From Eledone cirrhosa (lineage: Eukaryota): DNA of 64,000 nt. Position 1 is the stretch's first letter; each line of letters begins with the position of its first letter. A program made the position numbers and the translations under genes. Under the pieces are notes generated by a model. The model searched no databases, was not told where the DNA came from, and was given only the letters and a program-made list of their open reading frames with translations. Positions 63,944-64,000 of the stretch are shown piece after piece. The stretch spans positions 39,742,001 to 39,806,000 of the forward strand of contig OZ024754.1 of NCBI GenBank assembly GCA_964016885.1, in the 5' to 3' direction.

Positions 63944-64000
63944 CATAGCAGGTTACAAAACTCTCAAACAGGAAGATCAAGATGAGTTATTGCAGAAATT
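63944..64000 (+). CDS. PARP1: PARP1 exon 6 (partial, runs off window)
   Basis: tttcag acceptor. Phase-2 continuation (H)IAGYKTLKQEDQDELLQK corresponds to the ZnF2 end helix. Confidence 0.85.

Overview
AT-rich, intron-rich animal genomic DNA. It is most likely an octopus or other coleoid cephalopod, inferred from the SINE and satellite landscape and not confirmed. Two + strand genes can be assembled by hand with GT-AG junctions and matching phases. The first is a complete BTBD7 orthologue (7 coding exons, 978-35605, about 834 aa). The second is the 5' part of PARP1 (6 exons from 51125, zinc fingers 1 and 2, including a 21-nt microexon), which runs off the window end. Introns and intergenic DNA contain tRNA-derived SINEs, RTE-LINE 3' fragments, TTAA-, TA- and 8-bp-TSD MITEs, microsatellites and at least seven unrelated minisatellite arrays, five of them in or next to PARP1. 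Notable observations are a Penelope-type minimal hammerhead motif in BTBD7 intron 2, several long hairpins, nested MITE/SINE insertions with a reused insertion site, a BTBD7 uORF, and a VNTR/CTCF-like/TISU-like cluster at the PARP1 start. There is no CRISPR array or prokaryotic system, and most listed ORFs are spurious.
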